This document shows, in pieces, positions 1 to 10,700 of a stretch of DNA of 64,000 nt; position 1 is the first letter of the stretch; every line of letters starts with the position of its first letter. The notes below the pieces were generated by a model. It was given only the letters and a program-made list of their open reading frames with translations. It did no database searches and was not told the origin of the DNA. A program made the translations under genes and the position numbers. This DNA comes from Asterias rubens (taxonomy: Eukaryota), in contig NC_047068.1 of the NCBI RefSeq assembly GCF_902459465.1, positions 10,478,001-10,542,000 on the forward strand, given 5' to 3'.

Positions 1-403
1 TATGTTTTTGGATTTGACTTTCGAATAAAATTAAGAATATTAATCTTGGTTTTTACCCATAACCGATGTGTGTTTGCACTGTGTACTCAGTTCTTTCCCG
101 AGTCCTGTGAAAAAATATCATGTTACTCGGGTGGGATTTGAACGCACGACCCTTGCAATTCTAGAGCAGTGTCAGATAATAATAAAAATAGACATAAACC
201 AGAATCAATTGGACTCAATTTGTTTAAATCATTCGCCCAATATACGGCTTAAACGGAAGCCTACTAATAGTGATATGAGAATATGTTTATTTCACAGATG
301 AATAGTTTCTTTGACATTAGGGTTTCAATCTTTTCTGATGGCCACGTGGCGGTCACAATGCAACAAAGTTGCAGCAGTCATCAGATATAGAATACCCAAA
401 CAC

Positions 404-968
404 GTGCCCAGTTTCATAGAGCTGCTTAAAGGCAGTGGACACTATTGGTAATTGTCAAAGACTAGCCTTCACAGTTGGTGTATCTCAACATATTCATAAA
501 ATAACAAACCTGTGTAAATTTGAGCTCAATCGGTCATCGAAGTTGCGAGATAATAATGAAAGAAAAATAACACTTGTCAAACGAAGTTGTGTGCGTTTAG
601 ATGGTTGATTTCGAGACCTCAAGTTCTAAATCTGAGGTCTCGAAATCAAATTCGTGGAAATTTACTTCTTTCTCAAAAACTATGGCACTTCAGATGGAGC
701 CGTTTCTCACAATGTTTTATACCCTCAACCTCTCCCCATTACTCGCCACCAAGAAAGGTTGTAAGCCAATAATTATTTTGAGTAATTACCAATAGTGAAC
801 ACTGCCTTTAAGCACAAAAAGTAGCTAAGCGCAACAATTACAAAAATAAGGTTACCAGCCAATCTGCCTTCACAATTACAATCTGCGACTGGTATCCTGC
901 TCATTTCTGCTTAGCAGACAATTGTTAAGCAATGTTTTCTGCTTAAACAGCTCTATGAAATTGAGCCC
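404..968. mobile_element. PIF/Harbinger-type MITE interrupted by a Kolobok-type MITE
   Basis: Ends gcccagtttcatagagctgc ... gcagctctatgaaattgagccc; insertion at its internal TTAA. Confidence 0.65.
426..811. mobile_element. Kolobok-type non-autonomous DNA transposon (main family, complete copy)
   Basis: TTAA duplication, TIR aggcagtg(g/t)(a/t)cactattggtaatt; near-identical to 23958-24339. Confidence 0.8.
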
Positions 969-1987
969 TGGGGACGGGCTTCCGTACATAGCAACGCCTT
1001 AACCAATAAAGCATAGTGGTTTCGACTATCAGCATAAAGTGTTAATTACAAATCTACCGAAGGTAAAATATTTAAATCTTGACTGCAAATAAGACAAGTT
1101 TCAAGGAGACAGACAGTTAATTTGCTGAGGAGATCTCGGTCTAAAGACAATTGCCTTTTTTGTATCATCACTTTGTAGTTTAAATTTCTCATTAATGTAC
1201 ACAAGTAGACGCCATTTCAAAGCCCGCTATAAACGGCTAATTATGAGAGTCTACATTTACTTATCCATTGACTAATAAGGGCATTTAGTTTCAAGTCACG
1301 CTTCGGGCCGTCTCTCTGTCATTTTAGAACGCGGAGAATTTCAACAATCTGGTTCTTTAATCTTGAAATCGCATTCCCATCCATGAACCAATTAGAGAAG
1401 TCAAGTACATATACCGGCAGGCAGACATGAAGAGAGCAAGAGGGGAGTGGGAGCAGTGTATGGAGTTTAGTTGACCAATCGTATAAAGCTGTTATTTACG
1501 TAAACGTTAAAAAAAGGGACATTGCGAAACAAAGACAGTCATTTTTATGGTGTTTTTTTTTCTTTAAATATTTCCTTGCAACTTCAATGACCAATTGAGC
1601 CCTAATTTTCACAGGTTTGTTATTTTATGCATATGTCGGGATACACCATGGAGGTACACCAAGTGAGAATGCTGGTCTTTGGCAGTTACCAAACCTGTCC
1701 AGTGCCTTTATAAGCCCATTGTCACATGTTACGTTCATCATTATATGAATTTTTTTCAATTATTCTGTAAAATTTCACAACAGGAATATCAACATATTGT
1801 CAAGCAAGTGGTTTCTCTAGCTATAGTAGGACTATAGTCCCACGATAGCTTAATATACTTTCCAATAGATCGACTATTACGCATAAGAGAGGCGCAATTG
1901 TATACCAATTCCGAAGAGTGTGGGTCGTTCTCTAATTGTCAACTCGTCCATCATTGACTGTAGTGACATCAATCATGTCTTATTTAC

Positions 1988-2057
1988 CTCGTGTGTCTTC
2001 ACTGAGTGCCCCTTTCCGACTGCTCTTCATCGGAGCAGCGGGTAGCGCACGATACAT
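1988..2057 (-). CDS. Candidate first coding segment of an unidentified gene (MYRALPAAPMKSSRKGALSEDTR-), within exon 1988-2108
   Basis: GC-rich block bounded by tattttacag and GAG/gtaaat; the only frame open to the donor starts at an ATG preceded by in-frame stops; no homolog recognised. Confidence 0.45.
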
Positions 2058-4874
2058 CACGGGGCGTCTGAGGTGTCACTACACGGCGTAACCGATCTGC
2101 TCGGCCCGCTGTAAAATACTTCTCCCCTCGGTAAATGATACACTATACTACCCGTCATGCCGTCGAGGGAGCCGTGGTGTGGCTCTAACTTCTACCTATT
2201 TTGTTTGTATCGTGATCGTAAATGGTTAAAACATAATTAAATTGTGCAACAAATCAAGATAAACTGCCAGTGACTGAAATATGAAGTTTGGGAAACGAAT
2301 TAGACATGTATGTAGCTTTTCTGTAAGGCCTCTAATAGCACTCTGAAGATAAAGGGCCGTGTGTAACAAAGAAACTTACTGGGGTAAATTTTGATTTGTA
2401 ATAATGGGAACGCCGTGGCTTTTGCGTTGAATGATAAAAAAAAATTCAACAAGAGACTTGACTCCCTTCCTTTATGTCTTTTTCAAAAGCAATTTTGTTA
2501 AACAAATCGCGCTAAGCAAATTGAGTTTTGCTTAGTTGGCATATAATAATAACAACGCGGCGACATTATGAATAGCATGGTATTTTGACTGATAGCCTGT
2601 TTCCGCCTCATTATATTTTCTGGGCTAAGCAGACAATAGTTCTTAACATATGTTTCTGCTTAGCAGAAATGAGCATGCTCGTGAGCAAAAATGAGCATTC
2701 TGCTATACAGAAAACATGTTACGAAATATTGTCACAAACTTAACTCTGGTAAGCATATTTGTTGTGCTAAGCTATTTTGTTTTGCGTTTGTGTCCATGCC
2801 ATAAAAAGAACCGTAGTCACGTTCGAAAGAACTTTTACTTGTATTGGCCCAAGGCAGAAATAGATCCAACACACTGACAACATTCCGTAATAACGTGTAA
2901 TTTGCACGATTGTTTCCTATACATCTTTTTGCTTAATAGTGAACAATTTTACTAGGCAATCAGGTGTCGTTTTCACAAAGAGCTATGGACTAGTCCTTAC
3001 CTTGGACTAGTTCTAAGAGATTACATATGAGTCCTAAGTTAGGACGACTCGTCCTAACTTGAGATAAAGACTAGTCTTACCTCTTTGTGAACTCCATCCA
3101 TGCTTTAATAGCTCGTCTTTAATATTTGTTTCCGCTAGTTTACAATGACAAGTGTACTCCAATAAAAAATATATATTTACCGGCTGATAAATTTTATGTA
3201 GATTTGCATTTTACAATGATGACTCCGGGTTGGTTGGGTGGGGGGGGGGGGGGGTAGACAATGGCTGTCACGCCCGGTAGCAACACCAAGCGCGTGCCAC
3301 ACGCTCAACACCTGTGGCGACCACTCGTAAAACGCCCCCGGTTTTTGTCACCGTTTTCAACTATCCATTCAAACACACCACGCGTGTATCTTTTTAGTCC
3401 AAGCACAAAAAAAACCTTATCAGTGTTTTCAGGCAGAAAATTAGTTCTCTTTTTTTTATGGAGCACATTTCGTTTTTGTTTCGAGTGTGCGTTATTGTAT
3501 GAGACGACGGGACTGTGGCAGTAGGCTGTCATTTCAAGTTGACACTGTTGATTTTTATCAGCACGTCTGTTTACAAACAATATAATGAGAGGGGGTTTTG
3601 ACAAATGGGGGTTTGGGGCGTTTATTTAGGGAGGCAGTTCTTTGTTCCTATTATATATATCAAATACTGTCTAGATACATAGTACAGTGTTTACTGTGAT
3701 GGTATATCTTACTACACTGGCTTCGTCTGATACATTATCATATAAAACGAAAAGACAAAAAACAATTAATACTTGATAATATTTAATAATACTAATAATA
3801 ATAGACAGTTCTTGTATAGCGCATAATTATTATCGTAATGTCTCCATATACGCTTTAATAGGAGAAAGAAATATGTTTGAAAAGGCAGAAAAAAAATGAA
3901 ATTAACTGTGATAACATTGATTGAACAAAATGTGTTCTAACCCAAGGTTTTATATTGATCAGTAGTTTCAGCAGCCTGTTTATTGACATTTTGAAGTAAA
4001 CTCTCCAAAAACGGAGCGACACCATATGAAGTATTAGTGATACATGGGGCTGACAGAAGATGTTTGTTCTTTGTAGATTTCTATTTGATCCAATGAAGTA
4101 ATTTTTTTCACGACTGGTTGAGTTTAAATCCATTAGTCTCCACAGCAGCCGTTTATTAGGCGCCTTTATATAATTCGCTGTGGTGTTTCTGTTCAACATC
4201 GCCTTAAGTGGTTTCCATGCTAACATTTATATACCACTTACATGACGCACAGTATACATCAAGTTTTCTGAACGAAAATGATAAGCCATTGACATTTTCT
4301 CTTTCCGTTTTAGAAGCAATATGTTACCCTAGTTAAAACAGAAAAGGGGGAAAAAAGGGTCTCATAAAGACTGGGGTGCTCCATAATAAGGAATTGTGTG
4401 TACAAAGTCTCTGGAGGTTCGTAAGTACAGTGACAAAGGAAAGAACAAAATACATGTAATGCGTGTCCCCATCAAACACACTATGTTCCCTTTGTATTCT
4501 GTACAAAATTGGCTTCCAAACTTCAAAAGAATTCTCGAGATTCCAAGACACGACACAAGAAGAGGGGTGCCCCCATGGCCCATACGGGAGCATGTCTACA
4601 ACCCACCCCCCCCCCCCTGTCTCAAGTGTGTGCCTTAGGGTCTCATGATGATTCTTCAGATGGTTTTACGGGGGGTACAAGCGAAAGGTAGTTTGAAGCA
4701 CGGTTAAAGTATTTGAACATTGTAATATACCCTCTGCGGCCCCCATATTACCAGGCATAATGTATACGTTGCCACGAGGTACCAAAAAGGGGCTAATCAA
4801 TTTCCAAAATGGTCCCCGTTTCACAAGTTGTTGTACTTACACGACACAAGCAACACCACAGAGGTTTTGGATGC

Positions 4875-4889
4875 GTCACCCCTAGCAAC
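4875..4889. promoter_or_regulatory. RFX X-box consensus match GTCACC-CCT-AGCAAC
   Basis: Exact fit to GTNRCC(N0-3)RGYAAC. Confidence 0.4.
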
Positions 4890-5289
4890 CAATTTGGGGT
4901 ACTTTTGTGTATATATTCTGAAGCTGATTGCCTCACTTGCCATGATCCTCAGGTACACACACGAGCTTAGCACACACTAATACTTGGTAAACCAGTGGGG
5001 GCTTGTGGCCCGATTAGCCCCACTGACAGATTGCTCGCTCTTGTCACACGGTCGTCAAGTACAAGCAATTCCCTCTCGCTGATGAAGATCCCGAGTCCAT
5101 TCCCAGTCCATTTTTTGTGTTTCATCTCTCTCCCCTCGTAAAGCGGCTCTCCTTAGGGACCTACATCACTCAAGCTTTACCTCCATTAATCAACTACCGG
5201 CTAAATAGCCTGTCAAAAACACATCTCGTGGTTTTTATTTTGTATAATAATAACATGGTTGGTGGTGTGGGTGTTTGTGTGTAATTTAC

Positions 5290-5600
5290 CGTTGAGTGTG
5301 ATGTGATAAACAGCGGAATGGTGATAATATGAACTGGTGGAAAAACCGACACTGCAGTAGCCCGGGAATTTCCAAGATGGTCCTCTGTACGGATACCGGC
5401 AACGGAGGAGTCCTGGCCGGCAAACTCGCTCGCCCGGCCGCCTCAAGATTCCACCAGTAGAGAGGGTCGAGCGAGTGAAAAAAATATAGACGATGCCTGA
5501 TCAGTTAAAATTGAAGACACGCAGCAACTTCATTTCAAGCTCTCTCGATGAGCAAAGCGCGTTCTCCTTTTTTTTTTTTAGATGAGTATATCTCAAAGCC
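5290..5600 (-). other. Probable non-coding first exon of the unidentified gene (upper bound approximate)
   Basis: CpG-rich, no ATG seen in the ~170 nt before an ACG/gtaaat donor at 5290; lies next to the motif-rich promoter. Confidence 0.5.
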
Positions 5601-5639
5601 ACACTTGGCTGTTTCTCCACACAGCGCCAATGCATCGTC

Positions 5640-5890
5640 GGATCAAAGCCACCCGACGTCATTTTGGCGGGAACTGCAGGACAGCTTCAAGTATGGCGGG
5701 AAATGTAGAAGCATGAGAGGTTACATGGAAATATGAAGATGGCGAACTCGCGGCGTGATTAATGGGCGACTTGGGTGTATATTTGCCTAGTTCCAGAACA
5801 GCTAAACCGTGTCACAATCAAAACTCTGCGTGTGTATCATTACAAAATGGATAGTTATGTTGCCATGGTATTTTGGCGCGGTAAATTTTC
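5640..5890. promoter_or_regulatory. Promoter with three E2F-type sites, YY1-like AAGATGGCG and X-box-like GTTGCCATGGTA
   Basis: TTTTGGCGGGAA 5662-5673, TGGCGGGAAA 5694-5703, TTTTGGCGCG 5871-5880, GTTGCCATGGTA 5859-5870; locally CpG-rich. Confidence 0.55.
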
Positions 5891-7157
5891 CTTTGCGGTT
5901 GTATATCGAATAACGATGATGGTTATTTATAACCTGGCTAGTCGGTGAAAGTGGAGCAACGTGGAGCCTTTCTAATAACTGATATTCAAATATTGTTAGT
6001 TGATTGTTTGTGTCTTGCCTCAATGAATGATACCAGAAAGTAGACAAGTCTTACCTTTATTGCTTTCTTTATTACAATATACACACGGGTCGATCTCACA
6101 AAGAGTTAGGACTAGTCCTTACTTAGGACTCTTAACGCTAGTCTAAGTTATGAATGGTTAGGACGAGTGACTCGATATAAGACTAGTCTTAACTCTTTTT
6201 GAAATCCACTCCTATACTGATAACATCATGGTTTGTTTACTGCGTTGCTGATTATAAAGTGATGTGACTGGGTACTGCATTTCCGACAGTTGTATTAGAG
6301 ACACACAATCAAAGCTTCAGGGTCAGATTTGACCCGGATCCCGTAGGATCTGACCCAATTCTGTGCGGAATCTGTGCAATAATTTCACATTTATTATGAT
6401 TCGTTAACCATTTCCAGATCAGCTTGATCAGACCATGTGACCTGGACCCCACAGGATCTGACACATTTCTTGCTCAGTGACCCGGAACTACGGTGTCAAA
6501 ATGCCACAGAGTTGAGTCAAACTGATTCCGAATCCGAGCATTATTTTAATATTTTCCAGGTCAGCCGGATCAGATCATGTGACTCGGAATCCGGAGCTAC
6601 TTTTTTGTGAATCGTTTCTCATTCTTCTGCAAATTGGTAATCAAAATGTGACGTCACCAGGATGACAGGTCTATTATGCTCACATTTATTTTACAGATAC
6701 ATGTTGTGTTTTCTACCTTTGATTGTTTTAGTTAAAGTATACGGAAAATAGTTTAGTTGGCACTAACTAAATAAAAACACAAATAATCATTGGAGTTATT
6801 TTTATATTAGAGAGAGGTATATTTTACACGTGATTTCATGCGTTCCAAATAAAACTACCCATGGCACTAAATTCGCGTTTTCCTGTTCTTAAAACTTCAA
6901 AGCTCTACGACAATTCCTAAATAAAACATATTTAATGGGACCTATTTAATTGTACTTAAACATTGTAACATTGGTATACTTTGATGAAGAGAAAACTATT
7001 TACAAAATCATGTAAAACTTTCGCCTGCTGATACATTGTCGAGGTTGCACAAAATTCTTTGATAAAGTCGAATATTTATAGCCTATAATTACAACTTCAC
7101 ATCCTTTCTATTCTCTGGGGTACGGGGAAAAAAAACATAAAGTAAATTGTTCCTTTT

Positions 7158-7457
7158 TTAACGACACTGGACAATATTGGTAATTACTCAAATTAATTGT
7201 AAGCATAAGAACTTACTCCGCAACGAGCGATGGAAAGCTGTCGATAGTATAAATCATTGTGAGAAATGATAATAAAAGACTTCCGCTGAAGCCCTTTATT
7301 ATGAATCTGAAAGCAAAACAGGGGTGTTTTTCTTTCATTATGCTCTTGCAAGTTCGATGACAAATGTTCACATGTTTGTTATTTTATGCATATATTGGGA
7401 TACACCAAATGAGAATTCTAGTCTTTGACAGTAACCAAACGTGTCCAGTGCCTTTAA
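7158..7457. mobile_element. Kolobok-type MITE in the CCDC154-like 3' UTR
   Basis: TTAA-flanked, gacactggac...gtgtccagtgcc ends. Confidence 0.75.
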
Positions 7458-7511
7458 ATGTAAAAAGGATGCCTCATCCAGTTACTAAAAATATTTGAAT
7501 TGAAAACAAAT

Positions 7512-7728
7512 TTATTTGTTTGGGCCATCGTCTACTGCATTAGACGAGCCCTCCTCGAGCCCAGTGATGGTCCCTGAGCGTAGAGACTGGCGGTCGCTAA
7601 AGGGTTGTCCAGAGCGACTGTGCCCCGCTACCGATGCCCGGCGACTGGTTGGGGCCACGGAGGTCCGACGGCTGGGTCTTTGTCGAGCCGGTAACTTCTT
7701 ACGGAGAGTCTTCATGGTCTTCAACCAC
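7512..7728 (-). CDS. CCDC154: CCDC154-like terminal coding exon 20 (WLKTMKTLRKKLPARQRPSRRTSV...DDGPNK*)
   Basis: ttttccacaacag acceptor; TAA stop at 7514-7512. Confidence 0.9.
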
Positions 7729-10700
7729 CTGTTGTGGAAAAAAAGATCAAAACAAATTATTACCTGATAATGAATTAAATTTAAACAAAATTATGACAAT
7801 AATAAATTGTAAAAAATGTAATTCAGACAAGACAAATTATAACCTGGAAATGAGCTATATATAAACAAGATTGTGACAATAATGTAAAAACCCACCTATT
7901 GTGCAAACAAAATGTAGTAACGACTTTTAAATTAACTCTGTCCATATTTTGGGGGAAATTTATGAAACTTTTGATTTGGATTAACAGGCTTTCGAGCTAC
8001 AGTGTTTAATTATACTTTTGTTAATCGTTACGATTATTTTGAGTAATATTACCAATAGTGTCCAGTGCCTTTAAACCACGGGACAGACGGATTAGAAGCA
8101 AAAGTTGGGAAAACACTTACCAGTATGCATTGTAAATGCTATATCGATTGATACCAGGCGTGCTATGGATGTCATTTGCTCCATCGGAGTCTTTGACAAA
8201 CATAGCAGGACCTTTGTTCCGTGGAGTCCGTAGCGGTGTCTTATTGGATACTTTGGATCCGGGGGGACCGCGGCTCCGGGCTCCGGTCGGGCCTTTTCCC
8301 CCTCGCTGGGGGTTCACGCTGGAACGTCTTGAATTAGACGGCTGCTGATCATCTGTGGGAGAAAGGAGGAACAATAAAATGACATCATCTCGAGTATCTG
8401 GTTGTTTTACTTAAAACGCCAAATAATTTTTGTTTCAATATTTGAAACTAATGGAAGGCCTTATTTTTTCTCCTTTTTTGAATGGCCGCACGATACACTT
8501 TTTCATAAAGACTTGTTATGACTAGTCTTCTCGTCCTAACTAAGGTGCCTTTAATTAACTCTTTGGACTAGTCCTAAAGTCCTGAGTTAGGACTGTTTTT
8601 GTGAAACCGACCCCAGACCCAAGTTCTAAAGGTGAATTGACCAACCTTGTTTGCTCTTTGAACCACCGTCATCCCCGCTTTGCTTGACGGGGCTTTTCGT
8701 CCCTCCTCCCGGCGCGGTTCCAGCAGCCCCAACGCCGGTACCACCACTGACAATATCAGCTATTTCTTTCTTGATCTAAAACATGAATGGAAACATTTTG
8801 ATAAATACAATGGGATTTATTTTAGGATTCTAAATTATAGAATTTAAGGATTCTGCTAAGGATAGATAGGACTATGACCACCTATTTATTTCTTGAGGTT
8901 AAATACAATAAGGATACATTTTGATAAATACATTTTTTGTTTAAAGATTGGCATGTCATAGGAGGTGGTCCCCCGTATATTGCAGCCCATCAACCAGTAG
9001 ACCTACAGGTACCAGACCACCGAACACCACAATTGGTATGAGGTTATATTAGGGCCTACTACACAGTAAACCACATAAGCAGTACTAGTAGGCCTGCATA
9101 GAAACGTCCATGATAAAATAATGCCTAGTGGTTTGGCGGCAAATTACGGCAGGTTATAATGTTTGCATGTGGGTATTATAATATACTTGCATAAATATGC
9201 AGCAGGAGCTGACAACATTTTTGCTCGGGTGGCAATATTTAGATTTTCTTAAAATGCCATTTCTGAATTTTCTTTAAAAAAACAATACATGAAGTTTATT
9301 ACCTGCTAGTAATTAATATACGAAAGATCAAGTTGAAAATAAAAAAATATTTAATCTAACAAAATAGGCCTACGGGAAACATTTTATTTAGGCCTACTCC
9401 GAGTTGAAACATTATAAAAAGTCAGACACACTGTTACGTTAGTATAGTGTAATGTTCACTCACTCAAAACCATAATATGTTCGGCAAAACAGTTATAATA
9501 CAAAATCTCACAAATTGCACAAAAAAAGATAGACCAACAACCAAACATGTATCTTTTAAAATGGCCGTGTTGAAACACACACCCAATTTTGTTTGATACA
9601 CGACTACCAACCACCTTCAGATTCCAGAGTGCTAAGATTCAACAAACAGAAATATCAACGGGTTAAATAGAACCATGGAGGATCTAGGAAGGAAATACAG
9701 GACTTATAAGAGGGGGAAAACGTCGATGTCAGTTTATGTACAGGGTAAATTGGCAGTGAAAAAGCTGCACGCTCCGGCACTTACGACAGCTATTACTGCA
9801 TTGATCCTTGGGTAAATGTCAATAAATGCGAGTGAATTCTAACAGGACTCATGTACAATATCGGCTTTCACGAGACCCGCCTGACGGTTGATACACTGTA
9901 CGACAATGATTTACTATTCATTCCGTTTTAGGGTTAAAGGGACGGTTTGGTAGTCACTCTTTAAAATTAATGACAATCAAAACTGTTGGTTAGAAGATGT
10001 AGAAACATACAGCAGCTTTCGATGGTATAAAGGATTTTGAAAAAACATCTTACTTGTAAGTAATGGAATGAATAAAATTCAACTTGAAGGCTGATACATC
10101 ACTTATTAACATATAATCAAATTTGTAAAAGTACATGGACTAAGCCACTAAATTAAAACAAACATTCGAGAGAATAATGTGGTTGTGTAAAAAGTTAACA
10201 GTTTTTTGCCCCAAATTTGAACCTGAGAAGCATTATTGCTCAGACTGTGTATTTCTATAAGGGAATAATTCTTCCTGCGTGGACATATTATTCGCTCAGT
10301 TTTTCGGCGATATTTCGAAAAACAAAACCACCTTTAAAAATTAAAATTGTTCACGATTTAGTTTTCATTTGAATTACCCTTTTTGGGATCTAATACAGAT
10401 TATTGTATTGTATTGTATATATCTACACATGTAATATATAGGATTAAAACAATCAAACGGTTCCAAAAAAACAAATATATAATAGGATAAAGGTGCAATG
10501 TACCGTTGGGTAACGGTAGAAAGCGTTTCAACTTTGAAATATTATACCTTTTTGAGTAAAACAAAGGCGATACATATAACGGAAAACAATTTTTTTGATT
10601 TTTCGAGAAAATGTGAATTTGTGGTTGTAGGAACTATATGAAAGATCGCATCAACCTGTTTACATGTGTCAGACGTGTTGTGCAAAAATCATTGCAAAAG

